Positions 16,475-23,167 of a stretch of 32,000 nt of DNA are shown here, piece after piece. The notes under the pieces were generated by a model, which was not told the origin of the DNA, did no database searches, and saw only the letters and a program-made list of their open reading frames with translations. Both the position numbers and the translations under genes were made by a program. The first letter of the stretch is position 1. Each line of letters starts with the position of its first letter. Origin of the DNA: Thermofilaceae archaeon (GTDB lineage: Archaea > Thermoproteota > Thermoprotei > Thermofilales > Thermofilaceae); the NCBI GenBank assembly GCA_038727095.1, contig JAVYWK010000011.1, positions 9,847 to 41,846 of the forward strand, written 5' to 3'.

Positions 16475-16929
16475 AGCACGCCCGTAGCGAAGAACTTAAT
16501 TATGCGGGTTCGCGAGGTTCTGCGAGGGGGTTGAAATTGGGCGAAAGCGAGTACATTCAGTGCGTATGTGGACGGGTTATAAAGGATCCATCCGAGTATA
16601 AGGTCGTATACATCAAGAAGGAGAATAGAGAACTCGACATCCTCTGCCCTAATGACACGTGCTACCTAAGGGAGCTAGGATTTATTCAGTTTACTTTAGA
16701 GGATGATAAGCCTAAGATACAGAAAGCTACTTTCTATTCACCCTTCGTTACATGGAACGTCGCTAGGATAGGTAAGGAGAGAGCGAACGATCTACTACGG
16801 CAGCATCTCCAAACTTTAATAAAAAGGCACGTCGATTGGCGCAAAATCGTTGAAGAAACTAAGAAGCAAATAGAGAGGGAGAAGGCGGCGGCCGCAGCAG
16901 CTGCTAGCAGTCCTCCGCCAGAAGCGTAA
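16468..16929 (+). CDS. Hypothetical protein with a CxC...CxxxxC metal-ribbon-like N-terminus, a helical K/E-rich C-terminus and an Ala7-Ser-Pro tail
   Basis: Long ORF with no ATG before residue 153. Possible TTG starts at 16468, 16531 or 16537; the last lies 6 nt after GAGGGGG. Cys pattern CVCGR-x27-CPNDTC. No family recognised. Sits between the uL15 and uL24 blocks. Confidence 0.55.
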   Translation: MLKHARSEELNYAGSRGSARGLKLGESEYIQCVCGRVIKDPSEYKVVYIKKENRELDILCPNDTCYLRELGFIQFTLEDDKPKIQKATFYSPFVTWNVARIGKERANDLLRQHLQTLIKRHVDWRKIVEETKKQIEREKAAAAAAASSPPPEA

Positions 16930-16960
16930 GTTAGGCTTTTACGTTCGTTCATAGGGTAAG

Positions 16961-16968
16961 TTTTTAAG
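16961..16968 (+). promoter_or_regulatory. TATA box of the uL24 block
   Basis: TTTTTAAG, centred 28 nt upstream of ATG 16993. Confidence 0.5.
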
Positions 16969-16992
16969 CTGAATCCCTGCGGAGGCGCAACT

Positions 16993-17391
16993 ATGGGCAG
17001 CAAAGCTGTATCGAGTCAACCGCGCAAGGTGAGAAAAAGGCAATTGTACAGAGCACCGCTCCACATCAAATCCAAGCAGCTCGTAGCCCCTCTAGCGGAG
17101 GAGCTTAGAAAAGAGCACGGTATTAGGAGAGTGCGAATTCGAACTGGCGATACTGTGCTTATCGTTAGGGGCAGCTTCAAGGGACACGAAGGTAAAGTTG
17201 TTAAGGTGCTCGTAAAAAAGGGAAGGATTTTCGTAGAAGGAGCAACGCGCGTGCGATCAGATGGCAGAGAGATCTACATCTCCATTCACCCCTCTAAGGT
17301 TGTCGTAACCAAGCTTGATCTCTCAGACGAGTCTAGAACGAAAATTCTGCAAAGGAGAAGCAGTAGGATCAAGGAGGTGGCCGCTAAATGA
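16993..17391 (+). CDS. rpl24: Ribosomal protein uL24
   Basis: [23 protein letters not shown]...[25 protein letters not shown] (KOW motif). GGAGG lies 7 nt upstream of the ATG. Confidence 0.95.
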   Translation: MGSKAVSSQPRKVRKRQLYRAPLHIKSKQLVAPLAEELRKEHGIRRVRIRTGDTVLIVRGSFKGHEGKVVKVLVKKGRIFVEGATRVRSDGREIYISIHPSKVVVTKLDLSDESRTKILQRRSSRIKEVAAK

Positions 17392-18191
17392 GCGAAAGTA
17401 AGGGTTCTCTACGGCATTTACGCCGTAGTACGGCACCCCGCTATTGGCCCATCACCCGAAAAGGGTTTGTATGGGCTATTAAGCCCTCACCCGGGCCTCA
17501 CCCAGCTTCCCTTTCCATCCCCATCTCGGTAATCTTGCGCGACGTGCTCGGTTACGCATACACGCTTAGGGAAGCGCGACGAATTCTTTCTGAGAGAAAA
17601 GTTTACGTGGACTGGAAAGTAGTCACAGACTACAAGTACCCCGTCGGTGTCATGGACGTTATTTACCTCAAGGGGGCGGAGGAGTACTACAGGGTTCTCT
17701 CGCATCCCACAAAATTCTTCATGCTCCACCCGATAAGCGGGCAAGAAAGCGAAATCAAACCACTGAGAATCAAGAGGAAGATCACGGTGAAGGGCGGCAA
17801 CATCCAATTGACCTTCCACGACGGTAGAACGTATCTTTTATCAAAGGATAGGGAGGCCGACCTTCACAAGACTTTAAGAACACTTGATACTATTGTTTTC
17901 AACCTAAAATCGAAAAGCATCTTACAGCATATACCGCTCAGTGAAGGTGTCATCGCTTATGTAATAAACGGTAGGAACATCGGTTTCGTTGGTCGCGTAG
18001 AGACAATTCAGCAAGCGTTTAAACGGGCGCAAGCGCTAGTCGAACTGCGCAGCCTTGATGGCGATAATGTCATCAGGACAATCCTCGACTATGTTTTCAC
18101 GATCGGCGGAGAAAAACCAATCATCTCGCTACCTACTTCTGAAGAGATAAGCGCGTGGGAGGAGGAACTGAGCCGAAGAGAGCGACTATAG
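17388..18191 (+). CDS. rps4e: Ribosomal protein eS4
   Basis: [29 protein letters not shown]...[26 protein letters not shown] overlap with uL24, with GGAGGTG 10 nt upstream. Confidence 0.95.
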   Translation: MSESKGSLRHLRRSTAPRYWPITRKGFVWAIKPSPGPHPASLSIPISVILRDVLGYAYTLREARRILSERKVYVDWKVVTDYKYPVGVMDVIYLKGAEEYYRVLSHPTKFFMLHPISGQESEIKPLRIKRKITVKGGNIQLTFHDGRTYLLSKDREADLHKTLRTLDTIVFNLKSKSILQHIPLSEGVIAYVINGRNIGFVGRVETIQQAFKRAQALVELRSLDGDNVIRTILDYVFTIGGEKPIISLPTSEEISAWEEELSRRERL

Positions 18192-18319
18192 CGGTTAACA
18201 AAACCTAGAAAACAGGAAGGAAAATTAAGGTTCCTTAAATGATATTAACGAGCAGGACGTGGGCTATTGTGGCTGAGAGGAAAGATTTCTCATGGTACGT
18301 ACTGCACGCCAGCAAATAC

Positions 18320-18327
18320 TTTTAAAG
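18320..18327 (+). promoter_or_regulatory. Internal TATA box in the eS4-uL5 gap
   Basis: TTTTAAAG, centred 27 nt upstream of in-frame GTG 18351 of uL5. Confidence 0.45.
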
Positions 18328-18350
18328 TGCTTTAGTTGCAACCGCTAGCT

Positions 18351-18884
18351 GTGCCTGAAGTGCTGTACTTGGAAAGCGATCACCCGATGAGGAAAGTGTT
18401 GATAGGCAAAGTAGTGGCTCACATCGCTGTAGGCGAATCGGGTGTGCGGCTGGCAAACGCGGCGAAGATTCTTGAGATGCTGACCGGTCAGAAACCCACG
18501 TTCAGACCGGCTCGCAAAACGATAAAGGAGTTCGGCATCAAAAGAGGCGAGAACATAGCGTGCATGGTTACCCTTAGGGGAGAAAAAGCCTACGAGTTTC
18601 TTAAGCGTGCCTTAGCAGCAGTCAACTATACGATCAAGGAATCGAGCATCGACGAACATGGAAACTTCTCCTTCGGCATCAGGGAGCACATTCAGATTCC
18701 GGGTGTTAAGTACGATCCCACCGTCGGAATTTTTGGCATGGATGTCGTTGTAGCCCTAGAGAGGCCTGGTTACCGCGTATCACGAAGGAGACGTAAAAAA
18801 TCGAAGCTGGGGAAAGCCCACTACGTCACAAAGAGGGAGGCCGTAGAGTTCATAACTAAGGTTCTTGGTGCTAAGGTGGTTTAG
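18351..18884 (+). CDS. rpl5: Ribosomal protein uL5
   Basis: [21 protein letters not shown]...[41 protein letters not shown]. In-frame GTG at 18351 lies 27 nt downstream of the centre of TATA 18320-18327 (leaderless geometry). Alternative starts are TTG 18336 and ATG 18387. Confidence 0.92.
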   Translation: MPEVLYLESDHPMRKVLIGKVVAHIAVGESGVRLANAAKILEMLTGQKPTFRPARKTIKEFGIKRGENIACMVTLRGEKAYEFLKRALAAVNYTIKESSIDEHGNFSFGIREHIQIPGVKYDPTVGIFGMDVVVALERPGYRVSRRRRKKSKLGKAHYVTKREAVEFITKVLGAKVV

Positions 18885-18885
18885 T

Positions 18886-19050
18886 ATGGCTAAGCTTCGG
18901 CCCCCAAGAAAAAGGAAGTTCGGTAAAGGATCGATGAGGTGCAGGCGCTGCGGGACTTATGAAGCGATCATAAGGAAGTACGATCTTTACCTCTGCAGAA
19001 GATGCTTCAGGGAAGTTGCCCAAGAACTTGGCTTTAAGAAGTACAGCTAG
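18886..19050 (+). CDS. rps14: Ribosomal protein uS14 (zinc-ribbon type)
   Basis: [46 protein letters not shown] at 18886 follows directly after the uL5 TAG, with GGTGG upstream. Confidence 0.93.
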   Translation: MAKLRPPRKRKFGKGSMRCRRCGTYEAIIRKYDLYLCRRCFREVAQELGFKKYS

Positions 19051-19059
19051 GTGTTCAAC

Positions 19060-19452
19060 ATGGTTGTCGTAGACGTCCTCGCAAATGCTATGGCAACAAT
19101 AAAGAACAATGAAGCTCGTGGCAAAAGCGAATGCGTAATCTATCCAAGCTCGAAGCTGGCAATTGCCGTGCTAAGCGTGATGAAGCAGTACGGTTACATA
19201 GGCGACTTCGAGTACTTAGAGGAGAGAAGAGGGGGGAAAATACGGGTAAGCCTCATTGGTAGAATCAACGACTGTGGCGTTGTTAAACCGCGCTTTCCGG
19301 CTAAAAAGACCGATTTCACTAAATGGAGGGAGAAGCTTCTGCCCTCAAGAGATGCTGGAATACTGATACTATCGACCTCTCAAGGCGTAATGAGCGACAG
19401 AGACGCAGAAGCGAAAGGTTTAGGTGGGATCCTTTTGGCCTACGTGTACTGA
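19060..19452 (+). CDS. rps8: Ribosomal protein uS8
   Basis: DVLANAMATIKNNEARGKSECVIYPSSKLAIAVLSVMKQYGYIGDFEY...GILILSTSQGVMSDRDA. ATG at 19060; GTG at 19051 is an alternative. Confidence 0.95.
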   Translation: MVVVDVLANAMATIKNNEARGKSECVIYPSSKLAIAVLSVMKQYGYIGDFEYLEERRGGKIRVSLIGRINDCGVVKPRFPAKKTDFTKWREKLLPSRDAGILILSTSQGVMSDRDAEAKGLGGILLAYVY

Positions 19453-19470
19453 AGCACGGGGGTGTCAATA

Positions 19471-19851
19471 ATGTCTGGGAATCGTAACCGTCTTCTCAAA
19501 TTGCGCCAAGAGATGAATAGACTACGACCACGGTTCGTTAGAATGAACAGTTGGATGCTAAAACGGCTTGATGACTCGTGGCGTAGCCCACGCCACAGCT
19601 TGGATAACAAAATCCGCTTGGAGCGTAAAGGCTTTCCCCCGCGGGTGAAGGTCGGGTACAGGGGCCCAAGCGAGGTTAGAGGGCTACACCCGAGCGGCTT
19701 AACTGAAGTTTTGGTATCTACACCCTCCCAGCTAAAGGAACTAAATCTACATCTGCACATCGTCAGGATAGCATCATCGGTGGGTAAGAGAAAGAGGGCA
19801 GAAATCATCAGACTCGCACAAGAGAAAGGCTTGAAGGTCGCTAACCCGTAA
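19471..19851 (+). CDS. rpl32e: Ribosomal protein eL32
   Basis: RPRFVRMNSWMLKRLDDSWRSPRHSLDNKIRLERKGFPPRVKVGYRGPSEVRGLHPSG. ATG at 19471 lies 6 nt after GGGGGTG. Confidence 0.93.
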   Translation: MSGNRNRLLKLRQEMNRLRPRFVRMNSWMLKRLDDSWRSPRHSLDNKIRLERKGFPPRVKVGYRGPSEVRGLHPSGLTEVLVSTPSQLKELNLHLHIVRIASSVGKRKRAEIIRLAQEKGLKVANP

Positions 19852-19878
19852 TTTTCGCGCAGCGGCGAGGGGATTGCA

Positions 19879-19886
19879 TTTTTAAA
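19879..19886 (+). promoter_or_regulatory. TATA box upstream of eL19
   Basis: TTTTTAAA, about 34 nt upstream of ATG 19917, in the 65-bp eL32-eL19 gap. Confidence 0.4.
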
Positions 19887-19916
19887 CGTTTGGCGGAGGG
19901 CATGTGGTGAAAACTG

Positions 19917-20369
19917 ATGAGCACTGCAGCAACCCGGTCAGTAAAGAGATTAGCGGCTAGCGTATTGAAGGTAGGCGTATCTAGGATTCGCATAAAGCCA
20001 GACGCGCTCGATAGAGTGGAGACTGCAATCACGAGGGAGGACGTTAAGCGTTTAATAAAGGATGGGGTCATTTACAAGATTCCTCCTTCAACACCGAGTA
20101 GAGGTAGGTGGAGGAAGGTTCACGCTCAACGTAAGAAGGGGAGAGGCAGGGGCCCTGGCAGCAAAAAGGGTCCGCGCATAGATGAAAAGAGAGTGTGGGT
20201 ATCCAGAGTGCGCGCTCAGAGGAAGTTCCTCAAACTGCTTAAGGAAAGGGGATTGATCGACTCGTCAACGTATAGGCGCCTCAGATCTTTAGTGAAGGGT
20301 GGAACCTTCTCCAGCGTACGCCATTTAAAGACCTACCTGAAGGAGCAGGGGATATTAACAAAGGGCTGA
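19917..20369 (+). CDS. rpl19e: Ribosomal protein eL19
   Basis: KRLAASVLKVGVSRIRIKPDALDRVETAITREDVKRLIKDGVI...SRGRWRKVHAQRKKGRGRGPGSKKG. GGTGA lies 6 nt upstream of the ATG. Confidence 0.95.
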   Translation: MSTAATRSVKRLAASVLKVGVSRIRIKPDALDRVETAITREDVKRLIKDGVIYKIPPSTPSRGRWRKVHAQRKKGRGRGPGSKKGPRIDEKRVWVSRVRAQRKFLKLLKERGLIDSSTYRRLRSLVKGGTFSSVRHLKTYLKEQGILTKG

Positions 20370-20381
20370 TGGGAGTGCGGT

Positions 20382-20978
20382 ATGGCTAGAAGTGGTAGGT
20401 ATAAAGTTCCTTTCAGGAGACGGCGTGAGGGTGTAACCAACTACTACAAGCGAAGGCGGCTAATACTGTCAGGGAAACCAAGGTTAGTAGTCAGAAGGAC
20501 TAACAGGTACATCATAGCGCAAGTAGTGAAAGCAGAACCCCATGGCGATGTAACGCTCGTGTCGGCTCACTCAGGAGAGCTCAAGAAATACGGATGGAAG
20601 GGGGGTACTAAGAACACGCCCTCGGCATACTTGCTTGGGCTTTTAATCGGCTTTAAAGCCCTTAAAGCTGGCATCACCGAGGCAATCCTGGACATAGGCC
20701 TGCACCGAGCCGTACCTGGCTCGCGCGTCTTCACCGTGGCGAGGGGGGCCGTTGACGCCGGCTTAAGCATCCCGATCGGGGATGAAGTTTTACCTGGCGA
20801 TGAACGTATACGGGGTGAGCACATAGCTAATTATGCCTCAGCACTCTCAGAGAAGGGCTATACCTTCTCTAAGTACATTAAAAGAGGATTAAACCCCTCG
20901 GATCTCCCGAGACACTTCGATGAAGTTAAGGAAGCTATCAAGGCGGCTTGGTCGACGATAACCGCTCCTCAGGAGTAG
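20382..20978 (+). CDS. rpl18: Ribosomal protein uL18
   Basis: [43 protein letters not shown]...YLLGLLIG. Confidence 0.95.
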   Translation: MARSGRYKVPFRRRREGVTNYYKRRRLILSGKPRLVVRRTNRYIIAQVVKAEPHGDVTLVSAHSGELKKYGWKGGTKNTPSAYLLGLLIGFKALKAGITEAILDIGLHRAVPGSRVFTVARGAVDAGLSIPIGDEVLPGDERIRGEHIANYASALSEKGYTFSKYIKRGLNPSDLPRHFDEVKEAIKAAWSTITAPQE

Positions 20979-20987
20979 TTCCCTGGA

Positions 20988-21455
20988 TCACATCATACGT
21001 TTTATTAACTCATTGATCGCGGAACCTCTATACCCCAGCTCGCCGCCCTCGCTTACGTGTTTTTTCAAGCTGCCCTTAAAGCCTCCCTTGGGGGGATGGA
21101 GCCGAAAGACTGGCTTCAGATCCGGTATTTTGTTTATCTCGACCCTCCCCTCAAGCAATGCATCAGCTAGTTCCTCGATGCTGCCGAAACCTGCGCTTTT
21201 CAGATACTCTTCCGTCAGAGCTTTGTTACCGCTAAGCCTAGCTCTCTTTTTCAACAGCTCGACCAGTGTGTCTTTTTCGACCTCTCCATAAGTAACGGCG
21301 TATTCGATTTTCTTCAACATCCCCCTTACGCTAGGCGTATCGCGCAGAAGCACGCAGTGATGCACCCTGTGGAGCCTGAGAAGCTCTAGAGTTTTACGCT
21401 CGTCGGGGTTTCTGTCAGGGATCCCCTTAACTCTGACTACAGCTATCAAGGGCAT
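20988..21455 (-). CDS. rpl30: Ribosomal protein uL30
   Basis: MPLIAVVRVKGIPDRNPDERKTLELLRLHRVHHCVLL. ATG at 21455; GTG at 21464 (GTGA overlap with uS5) is an alternative. Confidence 0.93.
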   Translation of the reverse strand: MPLIAVVRVKGIPDRNPDERKTLELLRLHRVHHCVLLRDTPSVRGMLKKIEYAVTYGEVEKDTLVELLKKRARLSGNKALTEEYLKSAGFGSIEELADALLEGRVEINKIPDLKPVFRLHPPKGGFKGSLKKHVSEGGELGYRGSAINELIKRMM

Positions 21456-21460
21456 GGTTA

Positions 21461-22069
21461 TCACACGTTTAAAGCGTACGTTTGCTTAAGGGCTTCAAAA
21501 ACCGCTTTAGCTATGTTGTGGGTAGTTCGCGTCTCCCCCGTAGTGCGGGTCCAAACGTCCTGTACTCCGGCTAATCTGAGGACTATCTTAGCGCTCTCCG
21601 CAGCCACTAGACCGACACCCTTTGGAGCGGGGAGCAGTACCACCTCAACGCTCCCACTCTTCCCTCTAACCTTTACGGGGACGCTGTGAGCCTCGCCGCA
21701 CAGGCAGTACCAGCTGCCGCAACCCCTCCTGACGGGAGTTATGTTCAGCTTTGCCCGCATAATGGCCTTCTCAATCGCTAGCCGTATCTGGCGTGACTTC
21801 CCCATCCCCAGTCCCACATAACCGTCCTCGTTCCCCACGACAACGGTTGCTTGGAATTGGCTCACCTCACCCGCGTCTGTCTGGCGTTGCACTAGATTTA
21901 TTGATGCTATTTCATGCTTAAGCCCGGGGAGCAGCGCGTCAACGATCTCCACTTCTCTGATCGATAGGTTCATCTCGAAGAGCTGGTCTATGCTCGTTAT
22001 CTTACCCTCTTTCACCAGCACCCCGGCTACCGTACGGGGAGTCCACTCTTGAAGCGAGGACACACCCAT
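21461..22069 (-). CDS. rps5: Ribosomal protein uS5
   Basis: EWTPRTVAGVLVKEGKITSIDQL...VVVGNEDGYVGLGMGKSRQIRLAIEKA...GSVEVVLLPAPKGVGLVA. Confidence 0.95.
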   Translation of the reverse strand: MGVSSLQEWTPRTVAGVLVKEGKITSIDQLFEMNLSIREVEIVDALLPGLKHEIASINLVQRQTDAGEVSQFQATVVVGNEDGYVGLGMGKSRQIRLAIEKAIMRAKLNITPVRRGCGSWYCLCGEAHSVPVKVRGKSGSVEVVLLPAPKGVGLVAAESAKIVLRLAGVQDVWTRTTGETRTTHNIAKAVFEALKQTYALNV

Positions 22070-22152
22070 GGCTGCAGCAACGACTTTTTAAAGCTTTGTG
22101 GAACGATACCGACGATGCCTGTTCGCTGCAGCCTGCACAGGGTTGGTATAAA

Positions 22153-23040
22153 ATGGTTAAGGAAGTTCTCGAGGCACTTCGACAGCTAGACCCGCGAGAC
22201 CTCAGGGTTCTCAACGCAGTTGAACGAGGTATGGCTAAGTTTCGATACGTCCCCCTCGAGGAAATAAGTAGATTCACGAGCTTAGACCTCAACGAAGCGC
22301 TAATTGTTGCTAAGAAGCTGAATGCCTTAGGTCTTCTGCAGAGGTGGATTGGTAGCTACACCGGCTACTTGCTAACCACCAGAGGCTACGATTGCCTTGC
22401 TCTGAATACCTTAACAAAAAGAGGGACGCTGAAGAGCATCTCGGCTTCACCTATTGGGCGGGGGAAGGAAGCCGATGTTTACCAGGGTGTCACAACAGCA
22501 GGTAGACTAGTTGCTGTCAAATTTCACCGTGTTGGACGAACCTCGTTTAGACAGACGAGACGTTACAGGGCATACGTCGGTGATCGGCACCACATCTCGT
22601 GGCTGTACCAATCGAGACTTGCAGCCAAGAATGAGTTCGAAGCCTTAAAAATACTTTACGAATATGGAGTTTCTGTTCCTGAACCAATAGATTGGAACAG
22701 GCACATAGTGGTGTGCGGGTATGTAGAGGGTATTGAGCTCAGTGAAGCACCACCCCTACCCGACCCCGAGAAATTCCTGGAGGAACTGCTCAGCCAGATC
22801 GAAAGAGCGTACTCAGCGGGATTGATTCACGCGGATCTGAGCGAGTACAACATCTTAGTTTCACATAGAGGTCCTGTAATCTTCGATTGGCCGCAGTGGG
22901 TTTCCAGAAACCATCCCTCAGCGCTTTACTATTTGAGACGAGACCTAGAAAATTTACTAAAGTTTTTTAAAAGAAAATATAATGTATCATATAACTTAGA
23001 AGAATTTTTGCAAAAATTATCAGTGGAAAAGTTATTATAA
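22153..23040 (+). CDS. rio2: RIO-type serine/threonine kinase, Rio2 class (N-terminal wHTH)
   Basis: wHTH segment (LDPRDLRVLNAVERGMAKFRYVPLEEI), GRGKEADVY, catalytic Lys in VAVKFHRVGRTSFRQ, HADLSEYNILV and VIFDWPQWV. ATG at 22153; the ORF-track TTG at 22096 is an alternative. Confidence 0.9.
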   Translation: MVKEVLEALRQLDPRDLRVLNAVERGMAKFRYVPLEEISRFTSLDLNEALIVAKKLNALGLLQRWIGSYTGYLLTTRGYDCLALNTLTKRGTLKSISASPIGRGKEADVYQGVTTAGRLVAVKFHRVGRTSFRQTRRYRAYVGDRHHISWLYQSRLAAKNEFEALKILYEYGVSVPEPIDWNRHIVVCGYVEGIELSEAPPLPDPEKFLEELLSQIERAYSAGLIHADLSEYNILVSHRGPVIFDWPQWVSRNHPSALYYLRRDLENLLKFFKRKYNVSYNLEEFLQKLSVEKLL

Positions 23041-23053
23041 GTTAAGAATGTAG

Positions 23054-23062
23054 TTTATTTTT
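23054..23062 (+). terminator. Oligo-T termination signal after rio2
   Basis: TTTATTTTT, 14 nt after the rio2 TAA (23038-23040). Archaeal RNAP terminates at T-runs. Confidence 0.45.
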
Positions 23063-23086
23063 GTACAGGACTCCCACCCTGCTATG

Positions 23087-23094
23087 TTGTTTTT
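23087..23094 (+). terminator. Second oligo-T tract after rio2
   Basis: TTGTTTTT, upstream of the DUF460 promoter. Confidence 0.35.
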
Positions 23095-23136
23095 GCGCTC
23101 CCTGTAAAGATGCTGCGCACGTTCATTCAAAAAGAC

Positions 23137-23142
23137 TTAAAA
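23137..23142 (+). promoter_or_regulatory. TATA-like element of the DUF460 gene (leaderless TTG)
   Basis: TTAAAA, centred 28 nt upstream of TTG 23168. Confidence 0.4.
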
Positions 23143-23167
23143 CCGTGGAGGATAGGAACTCACATTA

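Noticed and set aside
16885-16920. GC-rich Ala-run coding tract (gcggcggccgcagcagctgctagc) and purine-rich GAG/GGA tracts at 17-60
   Set aside because: These are simple low-complexity coding sequence (poly-Ala and Glu/Arg/Lys-rich tails). They are not tandem repeats or mobile-element ends.
18239-18325. 28-codon ORF (MILTSRTWAIVAERKDFSWYVLHASKYF*) in the eS4-uL5 gap, with a weak ATGATAT...CTGA pair
   Set aside because: It has no recognisable family or SD, and the ORF runs through the TATA box that better explains the gap as an internal uL5 promoter. The box spacing of about 38 nt is too short for a C/D sRNA.
22085-22092. TTTTTAAA between uS5 and rio2 as the uS5 promoter
   Set aside because: Its centre is only about 19 nt from the uS5 ATG (22069), too close for the 25-32 nt geometry seen elsewhere. 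It may serve rio2 with a leader of about 40 nt, but I could not assign it confidently, so it is not listed as a feature.
23021-23029. Calling the AT-rich island with CAGTGGAAA a replication origin
   Set aside because: Only one ORB-core-like 9-mer is present, which could occur by chance in 64 kb of two-strand sequence. There is no inverted second copy flanking the AT tract and no orc1/cdc6 or whiP gene nearby. I kept it only as a low-confidence note inside the AT-island finding.
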